Part shown: piece after piece, positions 37,101 through 46,512 of the stretch
Layout: every line of letters begins with the position of its first letter
Numbering within the stretch: the first letter of the stretch is position 1
IMG/VR virus record: IMGVR_UViG_3300037067_007163
Span: 7,496 to 71,495 of that record
Direction: 5' to 3' (one strand)
Length of the DNA stretch: 64,000 bases
DNA from: a virus
Lineage: Duplodnaviria > Caudoviricetes
Translations under genes and position numbers: made by a program
The notes under the pieces: generated by a model
Told to the model about the DNA's origin: nothing
The model's database searches: none
Seen by the model: only the letters and a program-made list of their open reading frames with translations

Positions 37101-37689
37101 TCAAATTCTAGAATACTGGGAACAAGCACATCAATGTCAAGATGCAACAAGATTGACTGGCACTAGCTTGGCAGGACACTTAGACTTTCTAAAGGTGTCT
37201 GTGTCACCCAATAAAAACACGTTGTGCATTGGTACTGGTGATGGAGGTTGGGTAAGAGAGATTGTACATCAATTACACAACAGCAGTGGGTGTGTTTGGT
37301 CACTAGACATTGTTGAAAGCAATATCGCTGGTGCTATATCCATTTGTGATCCTGCATTATTGTCATCTAATTTATTTGACACAGCAATGTCACTATGGGT
37401 GTCGCCTCACATGGACGATAACGATCTAGCAAAGCAAATGAAACATGTTGTTAGATCACTGTTTGGAAACGGTGTATTTGCTTTACACTACAATGAGCCT
37501 TTGAGTGCTGAACAATACATTGCTCCGGCTTGTGTTGGAACCATGATGGCTGGTACTGTGCTAAGAACTCGAGAAACATTTAATACCATGGTGAAGGAAT
37601 CTGGTGGTGTTTCAGAAATTGTCAATGTTCAACCTTGCCCTGAGTATGACATGCAAATGGTTGCTGCTCATGTTAGGAGAAAAGTATGA
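37093..37689 (+). CDS. SAM-dependent methyltransferase-like protein
   Basis: LCIGTGDG motif I, LDI motif II. Confidence 0.7.
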   Translation: MDNQILEYWEQAHQCQDATRLTGTSLAGHLDFLKVSVSPNKNTLCIGTGDGGWVREIVHQLHNSSGCVWSLDIVESNIAGAISICDPALLSSNLFDTAMSLWVSPHMDDNDLAKQMKHVVRSLFGNGVFALHYNEPLSAEQYIAPACVGTMMAGTVLRTRETFNTMVKESGGVSEIVNVQPCPEYDMQMVAAHVRRKV

Positions 37690-38030
37690 GTGAAGAGATC
37701 AAACTAACCACCAAGCTGCATGTTCGCCGTAGTGATGGATACGAACACTACTTGTTTTATTGTCCTGGTTGTTTAGAAATACACCCATTCTGTACCAGAA
37801 ATGATAGCAGTCCATCATGGAAACCTTGGCAGTTCAATGGCAACACTAGTAGTCCAACTTTTACTCCTTCACTGCTCTTGAAGCGAAGTCAGTTTGATTA
37901 TGATGGGTGTGGTCCCAGATGCCACTCTGTAGTGACAGATGGAAAGATAAGTTTCTGTACTGACTGTGAACATAATTTAGCTGGTAAGACTGTTGACATG
38001 ATTGATTTTCCGGAGGAGGCTAATTCGTGA
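37686..38030 (+). CDS. DUF6527-like Cys/His protein
   Basis: FYCPGC..H, WQFNG...PTFTPSLL, RCHSVVTDGKI.FC.DC.H.LAG. Confidence 0.75.
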   Translation: MSEEIKLTTKLHVRRSDGYEHYLFYCPGCLEIHPFCTRNDSSPSWKPWQFNGNTSSPTFTPSLLLKRSQFDYDGCGPRCHSVVTDGKISFCTDCEHNLAGKTVDMIDFPEEANS

Positions 38031-38785
38031 TTCCTAGGGTAATGAACTTCTTTTGGTCTGGTTCCCACATGACGTTCATGCGTTACATGACCCTCTACAG
38101 CTTCAGGAAGTTAAACCCAAACTTTCGTATCATTCTTTGGTCTCCTAGTAGTCCTTGTAGAGGAAAGACATGGGTTAGTAGTGAAGTTGATGACGATAGC
38201 TATCAAGGAGAAAATTACCTACCAAGAATAGAAGATCTAAAAATAGAACGCAAGACATGGAGTCCAATGTTTGAAGGGCTTTCTCACTCTCAAGCATCTG
38301 ACTTATTCGAATGGCAACTACTGTCTACTATTGGGGGCATTTATTGTGACATGGACGTATTGTGGCTCATGCCCCTTGAGTCAATCAGGCAAGCTTATTG
38401 GAATAGTGATGTTTTGTACTGCTTAGAAAATAATGGGCAGATGTTTGCCATAGGATTCTTTGGGGCTAGTCCACGCTGCACTATGTTTCAAGACATCTAC
38501 CACTCAGCGATTAGAAACTATGTACCTGAAAGATACGAATCTGCTGGCATATCAGCAGCTTATCTATCAACAGGAAGAGCACATTCTGCAACAGCCACTA
38601 TAGATTACTTCAAGTCTAAGTATCCTGGGTTGAGTATCTCTCGTCTACCTGATGTTTCTTTATACCCTTTTGACTGTCGCAATTACCCAAAGATTTTCAC
38701 CAGTACTGCAGATGTGTCAGATAGGTGCTTAGGATTACATTGGTTTGGGGGTGGTCCAGTAGCCAGCAATGGAACAGATTGTTAA
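38027..38785 (+). CDS. DxD glycosyltransferase (GT32-like), C-terminus possibly frameshifted
   Basis: GGIYCDMDVLW, GLHWFGG; an alternative frame continues to 38874. Confidence 0.8.
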   Translation: MIPRVMNFFWSGSHMTFMRYMTLYSFRKLNPNFRIILWSPSSPCRGKTWVSSEVDDDSYQGENYLPRIEDLKIERKTWSPMFEGLSHSQASDLFEWQLLSTIGGIYCDMDVLWLMPLESIRQAYWNSDVLYCLENNGQMFAIGFFGASPRCTMFQDIYHSAIRNYVPERYESAGISAAYLSTGRAHSATATIDYFKSKYPGLSISRLPDVSLYPFDCRNYPKIFTSTADVSDRCLGLHWFGGGPVASNGTDC

Positions 38786-38861
38786 CAGCCAAAAACTATA
38801 AAAATTATGACAACACTTTCACACGTTGCTGCCATAAAATACTTGATGGCAAGGGGGACTT

Positions 38862-39788
38862 ATGCGTTGTTTAGTAACAGGTGGATGCGGATTCATTGGC
38901 TCTAACTTGGTGGATCTACTGCTAAAAGAAAATCATGATGTCATTGTGTTAGATAACCTATCAAACCGACGAATGGTAGATCTACCTTCTGCATGTAAGT
39001 TTATCAAGGGTAATGTAATTCATCGGGAGGATGTAGATAGTGCCATGAGTGGTTGTCAGGTTGTGTTTCACCTAGCAGCCTCTGTAGGTAATGCACGCTC
39101 CATTGCTAGACCTGTAGACGATGCCACAATTAATGTGTTAGGTACACTTAACATACTAGAGGCAGCAAGGGAATTCAAAGTTCAACGGGTGGTGTACTCT
39201 TCTTCGGCTGGCATATTTGGAGAAATGAAACAATTGCCTGTTAGAGAAGACCATCCTTGTGAGCCAGATTCTCCCTATGGCTGCACCAAGCTGTGTGCAG
39301 AGAAGTTGTGCCTAGCATACACACATGTACATGAATTAAGTGCAGTTTGCTTGCGGTACTTTAACGTGTATGGACCCAGACAAAGGTATGATGCCTATGG
39401 TAACGTAATTCCTATTTTTGCAAAGATGTTACTTGCCAACACACCATTGACTGTTTGTGGTAATGGTGAACAAACACGAGACTTTGTTAATGTTAGAGAC
39501 GTAGTACAGGCTAACTTTCTAGCAGCTACTGTTCCCAATGCTTCTGGAGTATACAATATTGGTAGTGGAGTAGGAACTTCTGTCAACAGGTTGATTGAGA
39601 TAATGGGTGGCAATGAAGTTATCTACGTCAATCCTAGACCTGGAGATGTGCTACACAGTACAGCAGACATTGAAAAAGCCAAGAGAGAATTGGGGTACTC
39701 ACCCTCAATAACACTCACAGGAGGAATCAAGGAATACTTAAATTGGTTCAAACAAGACCAAGCAACGGAAGCACTAACAATGTTGTAG
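38862..39788 (+). CDS. NAD-dependent nucleotide-sugar epimerase (GalE/WbpP-like)
   Basis: TGGCGFIGS, YSSSA, YGCTK, LRYFNVYGP. Confidence 0.9.
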   Translation: MRCLVTGGCGFIGSNLVDLLLKENHDVIVLDNLSNRRMVDLPSACKFIKGNVIHREDVDSAMSGCQVVFHLAASVGNARSIARPVDDATINVLGTLNILEAAREFKVQRVVYSSSAGIFGEMKQLPVREDHPCEPDSPYGCTKLCAEKLCLAYTHVHELSAVCLRYFNVYGPRQRYDAYGNVIPIFAKMLLANTPLTVCGNGEQTRDFVNVRDVVQANFLAATVPNASGVYNIGSGVGTSVNRLIEIMGGNEVIYVNPRPGDVLHSTADIEKAKRELGYSPSITLTGGIKEYLNWFKQDQATEALTML

Positions 39789-39799
39789 TGGGGGGATCC

Positions 39800-40543
39800 A
39801 TGAGAACGTCTATTTGTATTGCTACGCACGACAAGCCAATGTTGCTAAAGAATACATTACGCAGTATCTTTAGCCAATCAATTACAGATGCTGAAGACAT
39901 TGAGGTTATTGTAGTAGATGATCGTGGTACTGGACAATGTAACCATAGAGTCTGTGAATTGTTTCCTGCTAAGTACATTCGATTAGAAGGGGAACCAGGA
40001 TTTAAGAATCCTGCTAAGGCTAGAAATGTTGCCTACAAAGCAGCAACAGGAGAAGTTGTCATTTGTCAAAGTGACGATGTAATTCATGGCTGTGACACAA
40101 TACGACGACTAACAGAGGAATTAAGGCATGGGGAGTTTTTGATTGCTACGGTGTGGAATGTAGACGATGAGCTGTTGCCTGTAGGATTACGGGGACTTGG
40201 AGAACGGGGTGAAAACATAAAACTGTTGACGGGCAAAGACAATAAACGTCCCTTGTTCTTTTTAGGTAGCCTTTGGCGTAAAGATTTGTATGCTGTTGGT
40301 GGTAATGATGAAGACTTCATCACTGGTGGAAGAGAAGATATTTGGTTTGCAGATTGCCTAATCCGTGGTTTGAAGTTGACCACAAGATACATTGATGTAT
40401 TGGGATACCATCAAGACCACGCTAGGCCGGCAAACGCCGAAGAGATGGGGCGGGCTGCTGCTGAAGTATATAGCCGTAAGAGACAAGCAGCACAGAAAAG
40501 CCATGTCTGGTGTTCAGCCAGTGGACCATGGAAGTTTGAATAA
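39800..40543 (+). CDS. GT2-family glycosyltransferase
   Basis: EVIVVDD, ARNVAYKAATGE, QSDD; paralog of 33075-33830. Confidence 0.85.
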   Translation: MRTSICIATHDKPMLLKNTLRSIFSQSITDAEDIEVIVVDDRGTGQCNHRVCELFPAKYIRLEGEPGFKNPAKARNVAYKAATGEVVICQSDDVIHGCDTIRRLTEELRHGEFLIATVWNVDDELLPVGLRGLGERGENIKLLTGKDNKRPLFFLGSLWRKDLYAVGGNDEDFITGGREDIWFADCLIRGLKLTTRYIDVLGYHQDHARPANAEEMGRAAAEVYSRKRQAAQKSHVWCSASGPWKFE

Positions 40544-40558
40544 TCAACGGAGGTTTCT

Positions 40559-41572
40559 ATGTTTTTAGATAAAGTTTTGTTAGTGACTGGCGGCACTGGT
40601 TCATTTGGCAATGCTGTGATTCGTAGGTTTTTGAAAACTGATATTCAAGAGATTAGAATATTTAGTAGGGATGAAAAGAAGCAAGATGATATGAGAAGGA
40701 AATATTGTTCACCGCTATTGTCATTTTATCTTGGTGATGTACGTGATGAACATAGTGTGGTCAATGCAATGGCAGGTGTAAACTATGTTTTTCATGCTGC
40801 AGCTCTTAAACAAGTACCTTCTTGTGAATTTTACCCACTTGAATCTTTGCGTACTAATTCATTAGGTGCTGAAAATGTAATGAATGCTGCAATAGCTAAC
40901 CATGTAAAGCAGGTTATCATTCTTAGCACTGATAAGGCTGTTTATCCAATCAATGCAATGGGTATATCGAAAGCCATGGCAGAAAAGCTAATGTTAGCTA
41001 AGTCACACGCAGCATGGGGAGCCGGCACCACACTATGTGGCACTCGGTATGGAAATGTAATGGCTTCTCGCGGATCGGTAATCCCTCTGTTTGTCAAACA
41101 AATTAAGGAAGGGCTACCATTGACAATCACTGAACCTGCTATGACTCGGTTCATGATGTCAATTGACAATGCTGTTGATCTTGTGTTATATGCCTTTCAA
41201 CATTCAACACCAGGTGACTTGTTTGTTCAAAAGGCTCCAGCAGCTACAATTGAAACATTGGTCTTGGCCATGAAAAAGATTTTTAAGGCCGAGAATCCGA
41301 TTCGGGTAATAGGCACTCGTCATGGTGAAAAGATTTACGAAACTTTGCTAACGCGAGAGGAAATGCAGAAGGCCAAGGATTGTAGTAATTATTATTGCAT
41401 CCCAGCAGACATGAGAGACTTGAATTATGAGGCATTTTTCTCCAATGGTATACCTGCTATTGCAAAGCAAGAAGATTATAATTCACACAACACGCGAAGA
41501 CTTGATGTGGATGAAATGGTTGGGATTTTACTCAATCTAAAATACATTCAGGACGAATTGAAGGGATGGTAG
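40559..41572 (+). CDS. fnlA: UDP-GlcNAc 4,6-dehydratase/5-epimerase (FnlA/CapE/WbjB)
   Basis: TGGTGSFG, SRDEKKQDDMR, HAAALKQVPSCEFYP, STDKAVYPINAMGISKA. Confidence 0.95.
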   Translation: MFLDKVLLVTGGTGSFGNAVIRRFLKTDIQEIRIFSRDEKKQDDMRRKYCSPLLSFYLGDVRDEHSVVNAMAGVNYVFHAAALKQVPSCEFYPLESLRTNSLGAENVMNAAIANHVKQVIILSTDKAVYPINAMGISKAMAEKLMLAKSHAAWGAGTTLCGTRYGNVMASRGSVIPLFVKQIKEGLPLTITEPAMTRFMMSIDNAVDLVLYAFQHSTPGDLFVQKAPAATIETLVLAMKKIFKAENPIRVIGTRHGEKIYETLLTREEMQKAKDCSNYYCIPADMRDLNYEAFFSNGIPAIAKQEDYNSHNTRRLDVDEMVGILLNLKYIQDELKGW

Positions 41573-41574
41573 TC

Positions 41575-42696
41575 ATGATAGTTCTCATTACTGGCGCTCT
41601 GGGGTTTGTTGGTAGAAATCTTGTTCAAATGTTGCGACTTCGCGATGACGTGGAGATTATCGAGTATGACATCGGTTTTCCAGAACAGCAACTTGTTGAC
41701 GGAATAAACAAGTCTGATCTTATTTTTCATTTAGCAGGTGTGAGTCGTCCGCCAAATCCAGACGATTACGAGGCTAGCAATGTTGGATTCACCGAGGAGA
41801 TCTGCAGTCGTCTTGCCAATGCCAGCCGTGCACCGACAATCGTCTTTGCCTCGTCAATCCAAGCAGAGTTGGACAATCCCTACGGCCGCAGCAAGTTACA
41901 CGCCGAGGAATGCCTGCGCCGGTTTTCCGACACCTCGGGCGCTCGGGTCATGATTTTCCGTTGGACTAATTTGTTTGGCAAGTGGTGTCGGCCAAATTAC
42001 AACTCAGTGACAGCCACATTTTGCTATAATGTTGCACGAGGATTGCCATTTCAGGTTTCAAATCCAATCCGAGAAATTGAACTAGTATATGTTGATGATG
42101 TAGTGGCGTTGCTTATGGCAGAACTAGACGACAACAAAAGCCGTGAACAGGTTGTCATTGCACGAGTTAAGCCTACCTACCGCGTGACGCTAGGCAACCT
42201 AGCAACCACAATTCAGTCACTACACGATTCTCGAACGAATCTGACGATGCCTGATATGAGCAACAAGTTCATCCGTTGTCTTTATGCAACATATCTTTCA
42301 TACTTGCCAGAAAACGAGTTTGCATACCCATTGAACATCAAAAGAGACAACCGAGGCGAGTTGGCTGAGTTTCTAAAGTCACCGACGTTTGGCCAAATTT
42401 TCGTTTCACGCACGAAGCCTGGCATTACTCGCGGCAATCATTGCCACCATACCAAGGTAGAAAAGTTTTTGGTTGTTGAAGGTGACGCCGTCATCAGACT
42501 CCGCCACATTGAATCGAATGAAGTTATTTCATACCATGTATCTGGCAATGAATTCCGCGTCGTTGATATTCCTCCAGGCTATACGCACTTGATCGAAAAT
42601 GTTGGAACCAGTGAGATGGTCACGTTGTTCTGGGCCGACGAAATCTTCGATCCGGCAAATCCTGAAACGTATTTCATGAAGGTGTTACATGAATAG
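41575..42696 (+). CDS. fnlB: FnlB/CapF/WbjC reductase with C-terminal cupin
   Basis: [48 protein letters not shown]. Confidence 0.95.
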   Translation: MIVLITGALGFVGRNLVQMLRLRDDVEIIEYDIGFPEQQLVDGINKSDLIFHLAGVSRPPNPDDYEASNVGFTEEICSRLANASRAPTIVFASSIQAELDNPYGRSKLHAEECLRRFSDTSGARVMIFRWTNLFGKWCRPNYNSVTATFCYNVARGLPFQVSNPIREIELVYVDDVVALLMAELDDNKSREQVVIARVKPTYRVTLGNLATTIQSLHDSRTNLTMPDMSNKFIRCLYATYLSYLPENEFAYPLNIKRDNRGELAEFLKSPTFGQIFVSRTKPGITRGNHCHHTKVEKFLVVEGDAVIRLRHIESNEVISYHVSGNEFRVVDIPPGYTHLIENVGTSEMVTLFWADEIFDPANPETYFMKVLHE

Positions 42697-43816
42697 GCTT
42701 AAAATCGTAACCGTTGTTGGTACTAGACCCGAGATTATTCGTCTATCAAGGGTTATAGCGGCATTGGATCGCGAATGCGAGCACATCTTGGTCCATACCG
42801 GCCAAAACTACGACTACGAGCTTAACGAAATCTTTTTCCAAGACCTCGGTATTCGCAATCCAGATTATTTTCTCAAAGCAGCTGGTGCAAATGCAGCCGA
42901 GACGATCGGACAAGTAATTGCCAAGTCAGATGTTGTTCTTGAGAAAGTTGCACCACAAGCATTTTTGGTATTAGGTGATACGAATAGTTGTTTGGCGGCA
43001 TTAGCAGCAAAACGTCGCAAAATTCCAGTTTTTCATATGGAAGCTGGCAACCGCTGCTTTGATCAACGAGTACCTGAGGAAATCAACCGTAAGATTGTTG
43101 ATCATATCAGTGACATCAACATACCCTACAGTGACATTTCGCGAGAATACTTGCTGCGAGAAGGATTGTTGCCAGATCGGATCATCAAGACTGGTAGCCC
43201 AATGTTTGAGGTTCTTGCCCACTACCATGAAAAAATTGAGCATTCCGACATTCTTAATCTTCTGCAACTGAAGCAGTATGATTACTTTGTTGTCAGCGCA
43301 CATCGAGAAGAAAACATTGAATCACCTACCCAATTTGCTAAACTGGTTCAGCTGCTTAACGGATTGGCCAAGAATTATGGCAAGCAAGTAATTGTTTCAA
43401 CACATCCCCGCACCCGCAAACGAATAGATGCTGAAAAGGTCATGATTGACTCTCGTGTCAAGCTGATAAAGCCATTGGGATTTTGTGACTACAACAAACT
43501 ACAAATCAATGCAGCAGCAGTACTGTCAGACAGCGGTACCATCAGTGAAGAATCATCAATTCTAAATTTTCCGGCCTTAAACATTCGAGAAGTGCACGAA
43601 CGGCCCGAGGCCATGGAAGAAGCAGCTGTGATAATGACAGGGTTGGAGTTCGAGAACGTCGAGCGAGGGCTGGCTGTATTGTCTTCCCAAAAACGCGGTA
43701 AAGAACGCAGCCTGAGGATTGTGACTGATTATAGTGTTCCTAACGTGTCAGAAAAGGTTGTGCAAATCATTTTTAGCTACATTGATTATGTCAATCGTGT
43801 GGTTTGGCACAAATAG
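42689..43816 (+). CDS. fnlC: UDP-HexNAc 2-epimerase (FnlC/CapG/WbjD)
   Basis: [46 protein letters not shown]. Confidence 0.95.
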   Translation: MNRLKIVTVVGTRPEIIRLSRVIAALDRECEHILVHTGQNYDYELNEIFFQDLGIRNPDYFLKAAGANAAETIGQVIAKSDVVLEKVAPQAFLVLGDTNSCLAALAAKRRKIPVFHMEAGNRCFDQRVPEEINRKIVDHISDINIPYSDISREYLLREGLLPDRIIKTGSPMFEVLAHYHEKIEHSDILNLLQLKQYDYFVVSAHREENIESPTQFAKLVQLLNGLAKNYGKQVIVSTHPRTRKRIDAEKVMIDSRVKLIKPLGFCDYNKLQINAAAVLSDSGTISEESSILNFPALNIREVHERPEAMEEAAVIMTGLEFENVERGLAVLSSQKRGKERSLRIVTDYSVPNVSEKVVQIIFSYIDYVNRVVWHK

Positions 43817-43822
43817 AAAATA

Positions 43823-43886
43823 CCCTACCTCCCTCCACCAGAGCAGATTCGCTCCCTGTATCCTGGTCTGAGGTGGGGTAGGGTTC
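43823..43886. terminator. Branched stem-loop at the end of the glycan operon
   Basis: accctacc ... ggtagggt outer stem followed by TCTTT. Confidence 0.5.
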
Positions 43887-43959
43887 TTTATACCCCCTAT
43901 AAGCAGTAGAGTGCAGAAATAGTGGGGTATCTACCTTGAGCATAGTAACCCTAATAGCC

Positions 43960-44023
43960 GATTCTAGGGGCCTGTAGCGTTGTTTTAAGCGTCCCTAGGG
44001 CGTAGGGGGTACTAATCTACCTT
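43960..44023. repeat. Intergenic bipartite element, copy 2
   Basis: GATTCTAGGGGCCT and GGGGTACTAATCTACCTTT. Confidence 0.7.
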
Positions 44024-44179
44024 TTCGTCCCACACCCCCTTGCTAGGCCCATATCTCTGAGAATTTACGGAATTGGGACCGTTACCCGTCTTGGGTATCG
44101 CTTTAGAGCAAAGGTGCCGTCTTTCGACTCAACAGAAAGGCTTAGACAACAATTCTGTGTGCACCCTTGCTCCCCTCTG

Positions 44180-44464
44180 CTAGAGTTGTTTTAACAGACG
44201 CAATATACGCTCTGTTGATTCTACTCCAATCTTAGAGATTGTGATTATGTCCTTCTCTAGCAATGGTGAACCTTCCACGCCAGTGCTTGTTGCTTTTCTA
44301 GCCATCTTCTTGTTGGCAGTACGACAAGAGTACACTTGTTGTACTGTCAAATTCAAGTCTGCAGCCACCAAGTGTACATTCTTTCCTTGGTTTGCAGTAA
44401 CCTCATCGTAATCAGCAACCCGTTCACGCATTGACTTCTTTTCGATTTTGGCTCTTCGCTTCAT
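44180..44464 (-). CDS. Hypothetical protein, possible HTH
   Basis: VAADLNLTVQQVY. Confidence 0.5.
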   Translation of the reverse strand: MKRRAKIEKKSMRERVADYDEVTANQGKNVHLVAADLNLTVQQVYSCRTANKKMARKATSTGVEGSPLLEKDIITISKIGVESTERILRLLKQL

Positions 44465-44705
44465 GATTGTAAATCTCCTTTCTTAATAGTCGAACATTCA
44501 TCCCAACTGCTTTCGCCAGTAGAAAGATTGTTCGTAGTTGCGGAAACCTTGTGTCTCGGTTTCCTAAATTGTACACTGTAGTAGTGGAGAGGCCAGACTT
44601 GTTGGCCAATCCAATCCACGTTAGTCCTTCCATGCAAGCTGCTTCAAAGATTTCATCCGTAACCTTTTCCAAGAACCTTTCGTAGTGGGTCATTTCTTTC
44701 CTCAT
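44424..44705 (-). CDS. XRE-family HTH regulator
   Basis: LTWIGLANKSGLSTTTVYNLG...PQLRTIFLLAKA. Confidence 0.75.
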   Translation of the reverse strand: MRKEMTHYERFLEKVTDEIFEAACMEGLTWIGLANKSGLSTTTVYNLGNRDTRFPQLRTIFLLAKAVGMNVRLLRKEIYNHEAKSQNRKEVNA

Positions 44706-44757
44706 TGGTTAGAAATTAGTAAAGACTAAAATTGCTACTCACATTCACATGATTCGT

Positions 44758-44973
44758 CTATCTCCTGGATCTTCGTTCTGCTATCATTTCTTCCAAGGAT
44801 TTACGGGGTGCTCGTGGGTAGAACCCACTATTGCGTGGGTAATTATAGCTGGGCACTGGGGAACAGCCACAGTGAGCACAGGTGCTTCTTATTCCCCTAT
44901 CCAGTTGTTCCCAATGACAGTTAGCACATCGCACTGTTCTAGTTTCCTTCTGTATCGGTGGTGCTTTGGGCAT
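44758..44973 (-). CDS. Small zinc-ribbon protein
   Basis: CANC...CAHCG. Confidence 0.55.
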   Translation of the reverse strand: MPKAPPIQKETRTVRCANCHWEQLDRGIRSTCAHCGCSPVPSYNYPRNSGFYPRAPRKSLEEMIAERRSRR

Positions 44974-45209
44974 TATACAATTTCCCTTCCTGTAATGGGG
45001 TCAAATCCGTCAGCTACTTTACACCCATCTTTGGCCAGTCTTTGTAATACTGCTTCGCGGACGTAGTTCAAAGCAATACCATCATTTTGGTAGTTCTCAA
45101 ATGGAGAACAACCACAAAATCCGTCAGAAGAATGGGTGTATTCACCAACACTGTGATAAGCTAATGCTACAATAGCACATGCTTCTTTAATTGCTTCTTG
45201 TTTAGTCAT
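44973..45209 (-). CDS. Hypothetical protein
   Basis: Coupled in the leftward operon; AAGAG SD. Confidence 0.55.
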   Translation of the reverse strand: MTKQEAIKEACAIVALAYHSVGEYTHSSDGFCGCSPFENYQNDGIALNYVREAVLQRLAKDGCKVADGFDPITGREIV

Positions 45210-45408
45210 GAGTTATCTCTTTTGGTTGAGGTTTGAAGTCTCCATCAGCATCACAATGAGATGGGGGCCAACCTGCATTCTTAATGTTCCTACTTCTAAG
45301 CCACCTATTCCAACACTTGAACAAGCAGCTGCATACAACACTCAAACTCAGATAGAGCAGGATTGGTATAAACACCCAATGCTCAATTACTAATTGCCAA
45401 AACATCAC
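45202..45408 (-). CDS. Small membrane protein
   Basis: Single TM; overlaps the next gene. Confidence 0.55.
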   Translation of the reverse strand: MMFWQLVIEHWVFIPILLYLSLSVVCSCLFKCWNRWLRSRNIKNAGWPPSHCDADGDFKPQPKEITHD

Positions 45409-45536
45409 TTGCCCCTCCTATTTGATTCTTGTTAATCTATTCCAACATAGAAATAAACATTGAAAAACAATAAAGCATACAATGCTCAATAGGATTGGTG
45501 TGACTATGTACTGTCTAACTACTAGTTGCCAATGCA

Positions 45537-45845
45537 TCACTCATCCTCCTCTTCCCAAGAGTTGTGTTCAATTACATCTTCGTAGTCTTCCTCTTCTTGA
45601 TCATCATCTTCGTCGTCAAAGAACCCGTCATTGGCAGATTCTGTTGGCTCTTCGCAATGAGCAATAAGGGTTTGAAGCAAATGATCATAGTCTCCTGACG
45701 TTGCTTCTTCTACAACATCATTGATCTCTGCTTGCAACCAACCCTCTTTTCTTGCTTGACGTTGAAATTCTGCTAACAGGTTAAGCGCATTGGCATTTAA
45801 CCCAACAAGACTCAAACTGACTTTCTTTGGTTCTACAGTAGACAT
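45537..45845 (-). CDS. Conserved phage hypothetical protein with acidic tail
   Basis: LVGLNANA...EATSGDYDHLL motif familiar from phage/ICE small proteins. Confidence 0.7.
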   Translation of the reverse strand: MSTVEPKKVSLSLVGLNANALNLLAEFQRQARKEGWLQAEINDVVEEATSGDYDHLLQTLIAHCEEPTESANDGFFDDEDDDQEEEDYEDVIEHNSWEEEDE

Positions 45846-45996
45846 GTTTGGTTCCTTTGTTAGAGAATTGCTGCCAGTGTGATTAGTGCTACAATTGTAC
45901 CAATCAAAAACAACACAAAGAATAATACTTCGTTCACTACACTGCCCCTTGTTAAAGTGTTGATACTTCAGCCAAAATTACAAATGTTGGCTACAG

Positions 45997-46230
45997 TTAA
46001 TTACCGAGTCTTAGCAATCCGCACTTGTTACAACGGTCAACAGTTTCGCAAGTGAATACATTCAAACGAGAAGTGATGTCTCTCCAATCATGTTGGGTTT
46101 TCCAGAACTCGTACCATTGCCTAGTTATAGGGAGACAAGGATCCACTTCACTGTTTAGGTTATCTATGCTTTCCTTCCAAGACCCTTGCTTGTCAATTTT
46201 GAACCTTTCAATCTGTTCTTCAAAAGTCAT
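45997..46230 (-). CDS. Hypothetical protein
   Basis: GGAG SD; C-terminal CNKC. Confidence 0.55.
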   Translation of the reverse strand: MTFEEQIERFKIDKQGSWKESIDNLNSEVDPCLPITRQWYEFWKTQHDWRDITSRLNVFTCETVDRCNKCGLLRLGN

Positions 46231-46319
46231 TACTATACTCCGAATATAGGTTTTGAAATATGCTCCAGCTCAGCCAAGACGACGAGCCTTGACTGAAACT
46301 GAAGCATGCTACGGACTAA

Positions 46320-46493
46320 CTACACTTCACCCAATGGCAGTTCAGTCTTTTCAGTTGTCACTTTACCTCCATCACGAACTGCCCAATCAGCTCGACTAGC
46401 AAACTCCCTTTTGGCATCCCAATCATTCCAATCAATGACCCGCTTGTGACATTCACCAGTATCAGGATAAAAAACAGTACAAAGAACATTCAT
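46320..46493 (-). CDS. Hypothetical protein (57 aa, below track cutoff)
   Basis: MNVLCTVFYPDTGECHKRVIDW...; AAGGAG upstream. Confidence 0.5.
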   Translation of the reverse strand: MNVLCTVFYPDTGECHKRVIDWNDWDAKREFASRADWAVRDGGKVTTEKTELPLGEV

Positions 46494-46512
46494 CACTCAA
46501 TCTCCTTGTTAT

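Noticed and set aside
37686-38030. Ammonia monooxygenase label often attached to this family
   Set aside because: Small soluble Cys-rich protein with no AMO features.
30904-43816. Host O-antigen locus flanking a prophage end
   Set aside because: No wzx/wzy/wzz or housekeeping genes, no integrase or att evidence, and phage genes lie on both sides.
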